Origin: a virus
IMG/VR virus record: IMGVR_UViG_3300035034_001213
Span: 9,034-73,033 of that record
Length of the DNA stretch: 64,000 nt
Strand: one strand, 5' to 3'
Within the stretch, counting starts at the first letter, position 1, and the number at the start of each line of letters is the position of its first letter. The notes beneath the pieces are model-generated. The model worked only from the letters and a program-made list of their open reading frames with translations. It was not told where the DNA came from and did not search any database. Of this stretch, positions 19,390-29,165 are shown in pieces. The position numbers and the translations under genes were made by a program.

Positions 19390-20307
19390 ATGAAACCAAA
19401 CGTGGATGTAAACTGGCTACTCTCAGACTCGTTCGAACATAAATACTTGAACGATGTATTGTCGGGTAGTGAATTTCCTCGAACGTGGGAGTCTAAGTTC
19501 TGGCGGGATGAAATCTTCAGGTTCGCCGTCAAAAACGGGAAGTTAACTGAGACTACCATTCCCGAACAGAAAGACGAAACCAAGCGGATAAGGCGTTTCG
19601 GTGTGGTCAAACAGTCGGTGACACTTGTGGGGTCAGATTACCGAGCTAAAGACATTGATGTAAGGGGCCTCGATAATTGGAAGGTTATTCCAATCGGGAT
19701 TAGTCACGTCAAGGCCTTGGTCGGGAATCGAAAGAAACTTCAACTCGGTTCAGTAATAGAGGCAACCAATAATCGCTGGGTTGCTCAAATCCATTTGCAT
19801 CGCGGGATGTGGGAAAGGAAACATCTTGGGGATTATTACAGTCGGATGCTCGTGGAAGTCCTTAAAACCGAGGGGACTTATCGGATCGGAGAGATTATTT
19901 TTGAAAAGCCCGCTGGACGAACCCACGGTCCAAGGTCTATTAGAATTGACCAAGCCGTTCACAAACCCGTTGTTGAACTGGTACTCAACACGCTGATCGT
20001 GGTGATTACGAATAAGCGTCCGCCGAGAGTGGTGAATGCCCGACTTCCTAAGGAGCCCGATAACCTAGGCTACTACGATGGAAAACCGGCTACGAATCTC
20101 TTCTCCGACTCTCTCAAAGGAATAAGAACGTGCGGCTATCGGGACCCAGACCCATTCGTCGAGAACCAAGACGCGCCGTGGCTTCTTCGTCTCAACCCAT
20201 TCTTTGCTATCTTTGGGTGGAAGTTCTGGTGGGAGTATGAGTACGTCTCTGGCCGATTGACCAAATCAAAAACCCACTGGATGCGTGTTGATAACCCCCC
20301 AGAATAA
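19390..20307 (+). CDS. Hypothetical protein
   Basis: 305 aa ORF. Confidence 0.7.
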   Translation: MKPNVDVNWLLSDSFEHKYLNDVLSGSEFPRTWESKFWRDEIFRFAVKNGKLTETTIPEQKDETKRIRRFGVVKQSVTLVGSDYRAKDIDVRGLDNWKVIPIGISHVKALVGNRKKLQLGSVIEATNNRWVAQIHLHRGMWERKHLGDYYSRMLVEVLKTEGTYRIGEIIFEKPAGRTHGPRSIRIDQAVHKPVVELVLNTLIVVITNKRPPRVVNARLPKEPDNLGYYDGKPATNLFSDSLKGIRTCGYRDPDPFVENQDAPWLLRLNPFFAIFGWKFWWEYEYVSGRLTKSKTHWMRVDNPPE

Positions 20308-20679
20308 ATAAGGACGCAGCGGTATGAAAGACTATCAATCTCTATTGCGAACCTCCAATCGTTTGGTGGCCGATGCTAGACCCGCTGAATTTTGGACAGA
20401 CGACTCGACGGCAGTTATCTCTGCTGAAGAAATGTCGATAGCAATACAATGCTTACCGGTGGACGTTGAGATCGGAACGCTTTAAGAACCACCCGAAGTA
20501 CGGTGTTCACAAAGGTGTACTGGTCAGTCAGTCGTGGTGCGGTCCTAAGACCTACGTCCATCGCAAGAAGACATACCGTCTGTGGGAACCGCCTGAAATA
20601 GACGTAGGGTAACTGCGTCAGGATAACGAATCCTCTTATCAAACAGACAGCAATCACTTTAACCTATAAAGGATCTTTT

Positions 20680-21135
20680 ATGTTTAAGCTTCAACTGTCT
20701 AAACACGATGTCACTCGCCGACTGTCATCTGAGACTCGAGATGAAGTTGAAAAGGTAGCCGAGCGTTTGAACGGCTTGCCCGAAGAGAATAATCTTTTCG
20801 ACTTCACGTTGTATTCAGCGGATGGCGATAAAGGTGTCTTTGTGATATCGGGGGTGGTGGTCAACTTCAAGCACGACCAAAGTAAGAACCATATCCATCG
20901 AGACAATCGGTTCATCATCGACTGTCTACACCTCGAAGGTTCAGCTATGGATCTAGATGGGATGGACGAATCCTTGGCTGAGTTTGTTCGTCTTTGGCAC
21001 GAAGGTCGCAGTGTCTCCTACGAGAATCTCATCGGGTACTTTAAAGGTCTGGACGATCGTACGGTTGTGATTTTATCGACCGAAGCTGACGAACCGGACC
21101 GCGATCTGAAGGCACCTGACTTGGAACGCGTTTGA
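20680..21135 (+). CDS. Hypothetical protein
   Basis: AAGGA RBS, 151 aa. Confidence 0.7.
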   Translation: MFKLQLSKHDVTRRLSSETRDEVEKVAERLNGLPEENNLFDFTLYSADGDKGVFVISGVVVNFKHDQSKNHIHRDNRFIIDCLHLEGSAMDLDGMDESLAEFVRLWHEGRSVSYENLIGYFKGLDDRTVVILSTEADEPDRDLKAPDLERV

Positions 21136-21235
21136 GAAACGTACGACCCCCCACCCCAAAAAAAAAATCAAAGCAGTAAATGAAGTAGGACCAACCCCGC
21201 AAGGACGCGATTCGATAACTAAGAGGAATGTCATT

Positions 21236-22147
21236 ATGACACAATTCAACCCCCCACGTCGTCAAGCGACTGAAACAATCGTCAGGGCACTTACGTCTTT
21301 AACCGAAGAGATTGCGATTGACCTCGTCAAAGCGATCGGTCTGGAGAAGCTGTCTGACACACCAATCAGCTATCCCCATCGTAAGTTCAGTAAGAACTAT
21401 GTCGGTCTCCCTGAAAAGGTCAGACTCTTTACACGCGTCTTCCACGCCATTGGAGTAGAAGGTCGGAAGTCCCTTGATAAGGCATTTCGTTTTGAGGTTG
21501 TTTCCAACGACCCCACTTGTTGGTCAGTCGTTATTAAGAAGGTTGCCTCGTTTGATTCCGCCAAAACAATCTGCGTAGCGATCCACGCCAAAGAGAATTC
21601 GGACACCAAGAAACCGATGATTGCGTTCGACGTCATGGCCGTAGACGACGAAGACGTACCATCGACCGAGGTTGCTAAGGCAGACCGTAAGAACCTGACC
21701 GTCGAACAACTGCGCCGAGCCTACACCGCGTATTTGAAATGGGGGGGCTGGCTACTGCCGCACGAACCTACGATGGGTATGATCGGTCTACCCAATCGCA
21801 TGCACGAGATGACCATCGTGTTGTCAGGATTAGGTACGGCTTCTCTGTCAGCGCTGATTGTGGAGTTGAATGCCCAAGTCATGGTTGAAGAATACGAGTT
21901 GATTCTAGGTGACGTTCCTGTGAAAGGCGAGAACGGCAGGGACGATGATGTAGAGTGGACGTTAACGCACTATCGTGCGATCGGCAGAAACTACTTCGAC
22001 GTTCACTACGTACTGTGTCATCGGTCTGGTCCAAAAGAATTCACGCAGTTATCAGTACTAGAACGTATGAATAGGTTCTCAGAGAACTGCCGACTTAGAG
22101 CAAACAAGTACGACAACGTCCTAACTCTGAATCGTCGATCCCAATAA
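21236..22147 (+). CDS. Hypothetical protein
   Basis: GAGGA RBS, 303 aa. Confidence 0.75.
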   Translation: MTQFNPPRRQATETIVRALTSLTEEIAIDLVKAIGLEKLSDTPISYPHRKFSKNYVGLPEKVRLFTRVFHAIGVEGRKSLDKAFRFEVVSNDPTCWSVVIKKVASFDSAKTICVAIHAKENSDTKKPMIAFDVMAVDDEDVPSTEVAKADRKNLTVEQLRRAYTAYLKWGGWLLPHEPTMGMIGLPNRMHEMTIVLSGLGTASLSALIVELNAQVMVEEYELILGDVPVKGENGRDDDVEWTLTHYRAIGRNYFDVHYVLCHRSGPKEFTQLSVLERMNRFSENCRLRANKYDNVLTLNRRSQ

Positions 22148-22157
22148 GGAGCTTCCT

Positions 22158-22535
22158 GTGATTGAACATCCATCATTAATGTTTGCCTATGAAGTGGTTG
22201 ACCACATCGCCGAGTTGGACGATGAAGAACAAAGTGCTAAGGCCGATCTTTTGGTTGAGACGTTTCGTGATCACGAAATCAGTGGATTGATGGTCACTAA
22301 CGTCATGACCAATAATCGAGTCACGATATCGATACGCGCGTCAGATCGACGACCTAAGATCGTCTACGGTTCGGTGGCGCACTTCGATCCAGTTTCCGGC
22401 CGCGTTCTGGGCGGTGGTGTGACGGTGGTCTATCGACACAAAGACCCAGAGACCATTGCGTCTTTGTGTATGGACTTCTTGATCCGCAGTCGACCAGTGT
22501 GGATAATCGGACATAACGAAGAAGAAAGCGAATAA
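22158..22535 (+). CDS. Hypothetical protein
   Basis: AAGGAG RBS before a GTG start. Confidence 0.7.
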   Translation: MIEHPSLMFAYEVVDHIAELDDEEQSAKADLLVETFRDHEISGLMVTNVMTNNRVTISIRASDRRPKIVYGSVAHFDPVSGRVLGGGVTVVYRHKDPETIASLCMDFLIRSRPVWIIGHNEEESE

Positions 22536-22536
22536 T

Positions 22537-22570
22537 GAGGAGGACCTTCGGGTCCTCCTTTTATTTTTTT
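22537..22570 (+). terminator. Rho-independent terminator
   Basis: GAGGAGGACC-TTCG-GGTCCTCCTT followed by a T-rich tract. Confidence 0.9.
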
Positions 22571-22620
22571 GTCTATAGACGACTATGGACCTCTGTGGAT
22601 CTATACGGACATCTGTCGAA
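22571..22620. repeat. Five degenerate tandem 10-mers (consensus close to nnCTATGGAC)
   Basis: gtctatagac/gactatggac/ctctgtggat/ctatacggac/atctgtcgaa. Confidence 0.45.
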
Positions 22621-22686
22621 AATTAAAGGTTACAGACGAGAAAAATCCAATGAAAGCAACCAATCATTACAGAAGGAATACCCCCA

Positions 22687-23145
22687 ATGAATACTAATGA
22701 GACGTGGAACATTGAGTGTCGTTCATACGGACGAGTAGCTATAGATCAACTCAAAACTAAACCTGATCTCGATCCCAATACTGCACCGTTAGAAGAAATG
22801 CTGGCACACGCCATGGTGTTCAGTTACTTCACGTTTGCACTGATCGAAGAAATTCAGGATCTGTTGGTTAGACACCACACATTCAAGATGGGCCTGATTG
22901 ACTTTGATCAGTCCGTTAAACTGGCTGCAACGATGTTGGGTCATGAACATCCGGAGTTTGGTCAATACAGCATTCCGATGGCCGAGGACGCGCTAAGGGA
23001 TAAGTTCGACCCAAGTACTCCGGCACCCATGGTTATGGCGATGGGATTTGGATTTGAACAAGACGATGGTAGTTTTTTGGAAGGTCAGATGGACGCGGAC
23101 GGTAACTACTCAGAGAGTGTCACAGATACTCCTACCAGACATTGA
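22687..23145 (+). CDS. Hypothetical protein
   Basis: 152 aa ORF with an AAGGA RBS. Confidence 0.7.
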   Translation: MNTNETWNIECRSYGRVAIDQLKTKPDLDPNTAPLEEMLAHAMVFSYFTFALIEEIQDLLVRHHTFKMGLIDFDQSVKLAATMLGHEHPEFGQYSIPMAEDALRDKFDPSTPAPMVMAMGFGFEQDDGSFLEGQMDADGNYSESVTDTPTRH

Positions 23146-23153
23146 TAGTACAT

Positions 23154-23177
23154 AGAGGGGTTCGTCCCCTCTTTTTT
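23154..23177 (+). terminator. Rho-independent terminator
   Basis: AGAGGGG-TTCGT-CCCCTCT followed by a T tract. Confidence 0.8.
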
Positions 23178-23194
23178 GTTGATTCTACACAATC

Positions 23195-23210
23195 ACAGAC
23201 CTATATCACA
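23195..23210 (+). promoter_or_regulatory. Putative phage early promoter (TATATCAC core)
   Basis: ACAGACCTATATCACA, 15/16 identical to 24865-24880; resembles the phiKZ-type early promoter core TATATTAC. Confidence 0.6.
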
Positions 23211-23250
23211 CAGGTGAAGTACACAACCTAACCTTTAAAGGAACGTGATT

Positions 23251-24807
23251 ATGAAAACTGTAAACAACATTGCATCTGTATCTATCCTGGTTATGGCAAT
23301 TGCAGGCTGCGGTGGAGGTGGAGGCGACAGTTCTAACGACACCACTACTCCAGTCTCACCAGATACCGGCGATACACCCACAACCACCAACGTCATGACT
23401 CCAACGTCTGAACTGAAAGGCGTTCAGACAGGCAGCTTTCAAGACGCGGCCGTTAAAGGTCTGACGTATTGGACCGCTTCCAACGGTCTGGGTGTTACTG
23501 GCGACGCTGGTAGTTTCAGCTTTGTCCCAGGTGAAGTCATTGCGTTGTACATCGGTAACGAGCTGCTCATCCTCACGGACGCTGAGCTGTACTCTACGCC
23601 TATGGACACGTTGTCTGTACGTAGTATCACCGAACCGGGTGAAGGCCACCCACACCAGTCTCTGAACGTTCTGAGGCTACTCCAGACCATCGACACCACT
23701 CCCGATCAAGATCTGATCGCTATTCCCGAAAGCTTTCACAACGATCGCAACGGTAATGTGGTTGGACTGAACTTCGCTCAAGACACCGAAGCCTTCGCCA
23801 ACTCGGCGGAAGTGGCGGCGATCTTGACTGAAGCGGGTAAGCAAGGCGAGCAACTGATCGATCGCAGTGTGGCGGCCGCGCACCTCAAAGCGACTCTGGA
23901 AGGTCTTGACAATAACGTCATCGATCTGCGGGGTACTTGGGTGGCGAACTCGTCTTACCTGGATCGCTTTGGTGAGACGCCCGAGTCTTCTTGTATGGAA
24001 GTGGGTCCAGCTACGTGGGTCGTGGGTGATAACGACGTGTTTCTGTACGGCGATGAGCTGAACAGCGACAGCAACGGGTCCACCACTACCTGTAACGGTG
24101 AGGATTACGGTCAGGCCGACATCAGCGATTGGCCGGGTGTCAACAACGCGACCCGTGACGGCAACGCCGGTGTTGAGTGGTTGATTGCCGATAATGGTGC
24201 CCTGGACTTCAACTGTGGTCCGGAATGCACCTTAGCTGAGCTGCGCGGTACGATCGACGATTGGGAAGAGCGTTGCTTAGCCAACGATTTCTACACCTAC
24301 AAGAACGAAGGTTCTATCATCGATCAAAGCGACACAGATTACTGTGCAGAAAGTGAGGACCACAACGGTCCAGTCGTAGGCTACTCTGAAATCACTTACG
24401 CCGATCGGCTGGGCGGTGATCGTATCCTGCGAGTCAAGCGTGACTTCTATGCCATCACCGCGCCTGCGTCTACCGCCGAGCGCGCTGACGACTTTGTCGA
24501 AAGTGGATTGGGGTTGGATATCATGAACCGTGAAGAGGCGCTGGCAGGGACGTTGGATCTGACTCAGGGTGAATGGGTTGAAAAGGTAATCTCCTCAACC
24601 GATACCCAAACGGTTGACGGTGGTACCTACGTCTTCCCGTTGGACAATGGCAACGTGGACTTGAAGTGTGCAGCAGGCTTTAACGCATGCACTTGGGAAG
24701 AACTGAACGACAGCTACAACGACGTCCAGTACATCCACGTCAGAGGCACTAACGTCATCAACTGGGTAGACGGCGACACAGTCGGTACGCTGACACGAGT
24801 CGAGTAA
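23251..24807 (+). CDS. Acidic lipoprotein of bacterial type
   Basis: Signal peptide with lipobox IAG-C followed by GGGGG and a Thr/Pro linker. The GSFQDAAVKGLTY..GVTGDAGSFSF domain resembles gammaproteobacterial surface lipoproteins. Has its own promoter-like motif and terminator. Confidence 0.8.
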   Translation: MKTVNNIASVSILVMAIAGCGGGGGDSSNDTTTPVSPDTGDTPTTTNVMTPTSELKGVQTGSFQDAAVKGLTYWTASNGLGVTGDAGSFSFVPGEVIALYIGNELLILTDAELYSTPMDTLSVRSITEPGEGHPHQSLNVLRLLQTIDTTPDQDLIAIPESFHNDRNGNVVGLNFAQDTEAFANSAEVAAILTEAGKQGEQLIDRSVAAAHLKATLEGLDNNVIDLRGTWVANSSYLDRFGETPESSCMEVGPATWVVGDNDVFLYGDELNSDSNGSTTTCNGEDYGQADISDWPGVNNATRDGNAGVEWLIADNGALDFNCGPECTLAELRGTIDDWEERCLANDFYTYKNEGSIIDQSDTDYCAESEDHNGPVVGYSEITYADRLGGDRILRVKRDFYAITAPASTAERADDFVESGLGLDIMNREEALAGTLDLTQGEWVEKVISSTDTQTVDGGTYVFPLDNGNVDLKCAAGFNACTWEELNDSYNDVQYIHVRGTNVINWVDGDTVGTLTRVE

Positions 24808-24814
24808 GTAGATT

Positions 24815-24848
24815 GAGGAGGGCAGAACACCGCCCTCCTTATTTTTTG
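24815..24848 (+). terminator. Rho-independent terminator
   Basis: GAGGAGGGC...GCCCTCCTT followed by ATTTTTT. Confidence 0.8.
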
Positions 24849-24864
24849 TTCACTCCATTAAAAT

Positions 24865-24880
24865 ACAAACCTATATCACA
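24865..24880 (+). promoter_or_regulatory. Putative phage early promoter (TATATCAC core)
   Basis: ACAAACCTATATCACA located just after a terminator. Confidence 0.6.
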
Positions 24881-24918
24881 GTAATGCATTGAACATACAA
24901 ACCTTTAGGAGAATACTC

Positions 24919-25182
24919 ATGGACCGTGAAATCAAAGCAATCAAGAACACCATCAGTTCAGTGAAGAAAATCAGCACGTCAACCGACCGTGCCTTAGAGC
25001 AACTCAAGATATTAGATTCTGAGATCCAAGCGCAAAGTCAGCGGATCTTTCAAGACTGGACCACGGGGGCCACCGATCAAGATGAGTACAATCGTCAGAT
25101 GGACGAACTCGCCGATCGGCAGCGTCGGGAGGGTAATCTCATCGAAGAGACTTACCTTAAACTCACTCGCAACACCGGGTGA
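24919..25182 (+). CDS. Hypothetical coiled-coil protein
   Basis: AGGAG RBS before ATG 24919. Confidence 0.65.
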   Translation: MDREIKAIKNTISSVKKISTSTDRALEQLKILDSEIQAQSQRIFQDWTTGATDQDEYNRQMDELADRQRREGNLIEETYLKLTRNTG

Positions 25183-25535
25183 TCGACATGACTGTACCCA
25201 AGAAAAGACGACCTCGGTCTAAAGCCGAGTTCGTTCGCTTACTGTGGACAAGTCCCCAGGCCGAGTTTGACGACGACATACCCACGGCGTTGTCGTACCT
25301 GATCATCCCGAGGGATAAGTACCACACTCTAATCGTCTCTATGGACAGTGCTCTGGGCGATGTCACAATCCCAGACTGGGTATGGTGGCCCTGTTACCTG
25401 ACCGACAGAGACGAAGTTGAAAAGCTTGTGAACAAGTCTCAAGTTCAATACCTACCGATCGATGAATTGAGAAACACCAGCCAGCGATATCTAGACAACC
25501 TGTACGACAACCCGAACGACACGCCGTTCACCTAA
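25179..25535 (+). CDS. Hypothetical protein
   Basis: Coupled to the previous stop (GTGA). Confidence 0.65.
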   Translation: MIDMTVPKKRRPRSKAEFVRLLWTSPQAEFDDDIPTALSYLIIPRDKYHTLIVSMDSALGDVTIPDWVWWPCYLTDRDEVEKLVNKSQVQYLPIDELRNTSQRYLDNLYDNPNDTPFT

Positions 25536-25552
25536 CCTTTAGGAGTACTACT

Positions 25553-25720
25553 ATGAATTTCTTTCAATCCGTATCTGCAAACGATATCAGTTGGATGGTT
25601 ATAGTCTTTTTGATTTGGGCCGCTGTCGATTTCGCCATCGTTAAACGCGTCGATAAGAAAAAGACTAAGCAAGTTGAAGCCAAGCGTTTTGAAAACCGTA
25701 AACCCACAATTCTTTACTAA
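25553..25720 (+). CDS. 55-aa single-pass membrane protein (not in the ORF track)
   Basis: Hand translation gives MNFFQSVSANDISWMVIVFLIWAAVDFAIVKRVDKKKTKQVEAKRFENRKPTILY*; AGGAG RBS. Confidence 0.7.
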   Translation: MNFFQSVSANDISWMVIVFLIWAAVDFAIVKRVDKKKTKQVEAKRFENRKPTILY

Positions 25721-25730
25721 GGAACGCACC

Positions 25731-26147
25731 ATGAGTCAACCGCAGTACTTCGCCTACGGGGTCAGTGGCTACATCGACTCGAACGGACTCTCGTTTACCC
25801 CTAAGGTAACCGCGTCTACGGATCTGAATGTCATTCTGGAAAGAGCTACACCGGTCTTGACCGACATACTTGACGAAGTTACAGGGGAGGATCATGACGA
25901 AGACCACATCAAGTCTATGATTCTAGGTCACCTATTGGGGATGGAGTTGATGGACCCTGTAGAGTTGTTCAGTGAGATGAACACCGACGGGCAGTACGAC
26001 GGTGCCCCAAAGTTCTATGTCGCCATTGGCATGGACGAAGCAGATCTGGAAGATCTCTTGATCGGAATGGTTGGTGACCCCGACGACGATGAAGAGGACT
26101 ATCTGGAAGAAGAAGACGAAGAACCTGAAGACGACACCGAGCTGTAA
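25731..26147 (+). CDS. Highly acidic hypothetical protein
   Basis: TAAGGA RBS before ATG 25731; D/E-rich C-terminus. Confidence 0.7.
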   Translation: MSQPQYFAYGVSGYIDSNGLSFTPKVTASTDLNVILERATPVLTDILDEVTGEDHDEDHIKSMILGHLLGMELMDPVELFSEMNTDGQYDGAPKFYVAIGMDEADLEDLLIGMVGDPDDDEEDYLEEEDEEPEDDTEL

Positions 26148-26214
26148 CCCAAAGCGATGAGACCAGTCGGTCTTGTCGTTTATTCTGATTTAAAACTTTA
26201 GAAGGAAACGTGTA

Positions 26215-27375
26215 ATGACTAGAACAACTACGATTATCGTCCACCCAGGAGAACAGTACCTGTCATCGTCGTGTGTGGATTCGGCAGATGAGTTGGCTCA
26301 GAAGCTTTTGGACCATCCGTTTACCGATCTCAGAACCATCAATAGCGAAGAGAGGCGTGCCTTGATGGATGTTTATCACATGACGCCTTTAGACTTCCGC
26401 GACTACTACGCGGGTAAAAGCAAATATAAGGTAAGTTACGTCGAATCGGTTATCGAGTTCAGTAAAGACAGCAAATCAGTTGACTTGTTAAAGCTTGCTG
26501 GACTCGACGGTCGCGGTAAGGTCGTCAATGTTTCGATATCAGGACAGATAGCTCTGGTACAGACCGGAGGACACGTCAACGATCTTAATCTAATCCAACA
26601 CAGCGACGACCTGGATGTGGTGTCTTTTTCCACGAGTTGGAATGACGTCGTCATTAACTGTAAACAGGTAGGCAACAAATTGATTGTAAAGCCGCTCACC
26701 AATTATTTAGCCGTAAATCCTTGGGAGCTCAAAACAACAGTGATACTCCATTGTATCATTCCAGAATCCTCAGAACCTGCACACAAGGAGATTAAAACAG
26801 TGAAACCTGAGAGTTTGAAAAAGTCTTCAATTCAGCGGGCCCAGGAAAACCACACCTGGCAAGAAGAGATCACCTACCCAGTCCACCGCATGGGACTGAG
26901 AGTCGGCGATACACTGTTTGCCATTGAAGGCGAACCAGACGTGGGTCAGTTGAGAGAAGAGTGGTTTGGCCGTCATGACACCCGCACGACTCAACTGAAG
27001 GTTTGTTACTTGACGCCTGAGTTGGCGGTACTTCGTCAGAATGAACTGATCGAGGTGGCTAACAGCTTCGTTGGTCGAGTGACTTACACCACTACCGTTA
27101 AGAACGGTACCTACTACGCGTTGGTAGTGAATGAAGGCGATCCGATGGATCTGATCATGCAGTTGGACACCGGTTTCTGGAAGACGCGTAAGGTTGCTCA
27201 CCCTACGGTGATCGAACGTTGGCAGGACGCTGACATTGTGGAAGTCGTTGACTGGACGCGCGCGCTGTTGCTTCAGGCCAACTGGAGGATGGCTACGGAA
27301 GTTAAAACCAAATCAAAGGCTAAGGCGACCGTCACCTGGCAGAAACCGCCAAAGAAAGAAAGTGCTGCTAAGTAA
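26215..27375 (+). CDS. Hypothetical protein with a degenerate AraC-like HTH segment
   Basis: 386 aa; RRALMDVYHMTPLDFRDYY resembles the AraC motif F.x.x.x.x.G.x.T.P. Confidence 0.6.
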   Translation: MTRTTTIIVHPGEQYLSSSCVDSADELAQKLLDHPFTDLRTINSEERRALMDVYHMTPLDFRDYYAGKSKYKVSYVESVIEFSKDSKSVDLLKLAGLDGRGKVVNVSISGQIALVQTGGHVNDLNLIQHSDDLDVVSFSTSWNDVVINCKQVGNKLIVKPLTNYLAVNPWELKTTVILHCIIPESSEPAHKEIKTVKPESLKKSSIQRAQENHTWQEEITYPVHRMGLRVGDTLFAIEGEPDVGQLREEWFGRHDTRTTQLKVCYLTPELAVLRQNELIEVANSFVGRVTYTTTVKNGTYYALVVNEGDPMDLIMQLDTGFWKTRKVAHPTVIERWQDADIVEVVDWTRALLLQANWRMATEVKTKSKAKATVTWQKPPKKESAAK

Positions 27376-27538
27376 ATAGGATGGGTGCAGGTTTGTTATT
27401 TTGTACAGGCCTGTACCATCTATTGACCTTAAACGGCGGCTTCTGGAGTGATCCAGCGGTGAGACATCTGAGCTCACCGAATACCCAGACTTTATGCTGT
27501 TTTGATTTTTTATTGCAACCTTTATAAGGATACTGATC

Positions 27539-28639
27539 ATGAGATCAACTGGAATGGTAGTCGATTTAAATGAAGCTGTGTTCACGCGGGCCTTGGACGT
27601 CCCGGCTTCGGTCATGGACCTTGTCACCACCACAGATTCAATCCATAGGGTGATAAAACGACACAATCTCAACTCCAAAACGTTCTACCGTGAGTTTTAT
27701 AGCGTCTTTGGTGTGACCGTCTCTTCCTTTAGACACTTGGCGGGAGGAATGTTTATACCTAAGAAGTCAAGAGAGGTGCGGTACCTTGAGGTATGCTTAC
27801 CAACGCAAACGGTTACGACTGATCAACGTTTTGACTTCTCGGCTAGGTTACCTAGCGATCACCTGGAAAAGATTCAAGGCGCTTGTCGAATCTTAGGTAC
27901 ACGGCTCGCTGAGGTGGAAGTTACTACGCCTACGGGAAAAGTTTATCGGGAGTCAAACATAGAGTTGGACGTGAAAGGTACCAGTAAATTTCATCTAGAA
28001 TCCGAGTGTATTACTGTATCTCTCGATCAAGGTAAAATCGCAATCGCCAATCTCGAGCCAGGCACGACAACGTTCTTTAATGAAGACGACGTTCAACTGT
28101 CCGGTTGGGCGAGCGGAATCGATCATTGTCCAACCCAAGCAGGGTTCCTGGTTTGCGTAAAGATCAAAATCCCATATATCACCGGGGAAACGTGTCAGGG
28201 AGTTGACGGGCGGTGGAGGTCCTTGGAAGGACCAATTTGGACGTTTGTCGAAGACCTTGTTTCACATCCGATTCAATCGGTCACAAATAAGACCGTAGAA
28301 GATGAGTCGAGTAAAGAAGAAGTTCCTGACGAGTACTTCGTCACGGTCAATCCGGTGTCTCACAATGGAGGACTGTCTCCATTGGAGCCTGGATTTTCTG
28401 TGTTGGTGGTGATGAACAATCAGTTCCGCTTCTTAGCGCATATGTCAGCGAAAAATAGCGATGCGCCTTACAAAACCGTGAAAGAACTGATGATGTCAAA
28501 ACACGGACCTTGGTTTAAGGCTCAGGTGCGTGAAATTCTTGAACGGTACGTTGATGGTGAAATGACGTTGGTCTTTGGATTCCCGTTAGAATCTATTACA
28601 CCGCCCAACTTGCAATGGCGTCCAAGCCCGAGGGCATAG
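27539..28639 (+). CDS. Hypothetical protein with an N-terminal AraC-like HTH
   Basis: SIHRVIKRHNLNSKTFYREFYSVFGVTVSSFR. Confidence 0.6.
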   Translation: MRSTGMVVDLNEAVFTRALDVPASVMDLVTTTDSIHRVIKRHNLNSKTFYREFYSVFGVTVSSFRHLAGGMFIPKKSREVRYLEVCLPTQTVTTDQRFDFSARLPSDHLEKIQGACRILGTRLAEVEVTTPTGKVYRESNIELDVKGTSKFHLESECITVSLDQGKIAIANLEPGTTTFFNEDDVQLSGWASGIDHCPTQAGFLVCVKIKIPYITGETCQGVDGRWRSLEGPIWTFVEDLVSHPIQSVTNKTVEDESSKEEVPDEYFVTVNPVSHNGGLSPLEPGFSVLVVMNNQFRFLAHMSAKNSDAPYKTVKELMMSKHGPWFKAQVREILERYVDGEMTLVFGFPLESITPPNLQWRPSPRA

Positions 28640-28647
28640 CGTCGACT

Positions 28648-28673
28648 GGGGAGCATAATGCTCCCCTTTTTTT
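28648..28673 (+). terminator. Rho-independent terminator
   Basis: GGGGAGCAT-A-ATGCTCCCC followed by a T tract. Confidence 0.8.
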
Positions 28674-28691
28674 ATTCTCTGAGGAACCTTT

Positions 28692-29156
28692 ATGTTTAAT
28701 CCAGAATATGCAGACGCGATTGTCGAGAACATGCCAGTCACCATGTTGCGATGTTGGGGATTGGTGTTGTCTGACTACCCTAACGTTCTTAAACAGACGG
28801 TGGAGACCATGGCAACCGAAGACCCACGAATTGTCACTCGCTACACTGAACAGGTAGACATCAAAGACGCTGCGCTTTTGGTGGAGCTCCAGATCGACGT
28901 CTTAGAACCTGAGATGGCCGAAGTAACGGGGCCAGAGATTGCTGTAGTACCCAAAGGCCATTGGATCGGTAAACGAGAGTGGACCGTTCACGACGTGACG
29001 TTAAGTACCTCTAGCGACGACGGACGTGGGGAGATCACTTGCGATGTGGTCATTACCTATAACGATTATCTTGCAAGAGATTGTGAGACCTACGAAGACA
29101 CTGACAACCTCAAATACGAGCGATCTGCTCAGGTGGTGTTCTACGTAAAAGCCTAG
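28692..29156 (+). CDS. Hypothetical protein
   Basis: GAGGA RBS, 154 aa. Confidence 0.7.
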   Translation: MFNPEYADAIVENMPVTMLRCWGLVLSDYPNVLKQTVETMATEDPRIVTRYTEQVDIKDAALLVELQIDVLEPEMAEVTGPEIAVVPKGHWIGKREWTVHDVTLSTSSDDGRGEITCDVVITYNDYLARDCETYEDTDNLKYERSAQVVFYVKA

Positions 29157-29165
29157 GAGTTTGAT

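Noticed and set aside
21146-21167. C-rich run plus A10 homopolymer as a phase-variation switch
   Set aside because: It is intergenic with no identifiable promoter elements around it, so there is no supporting evidence.
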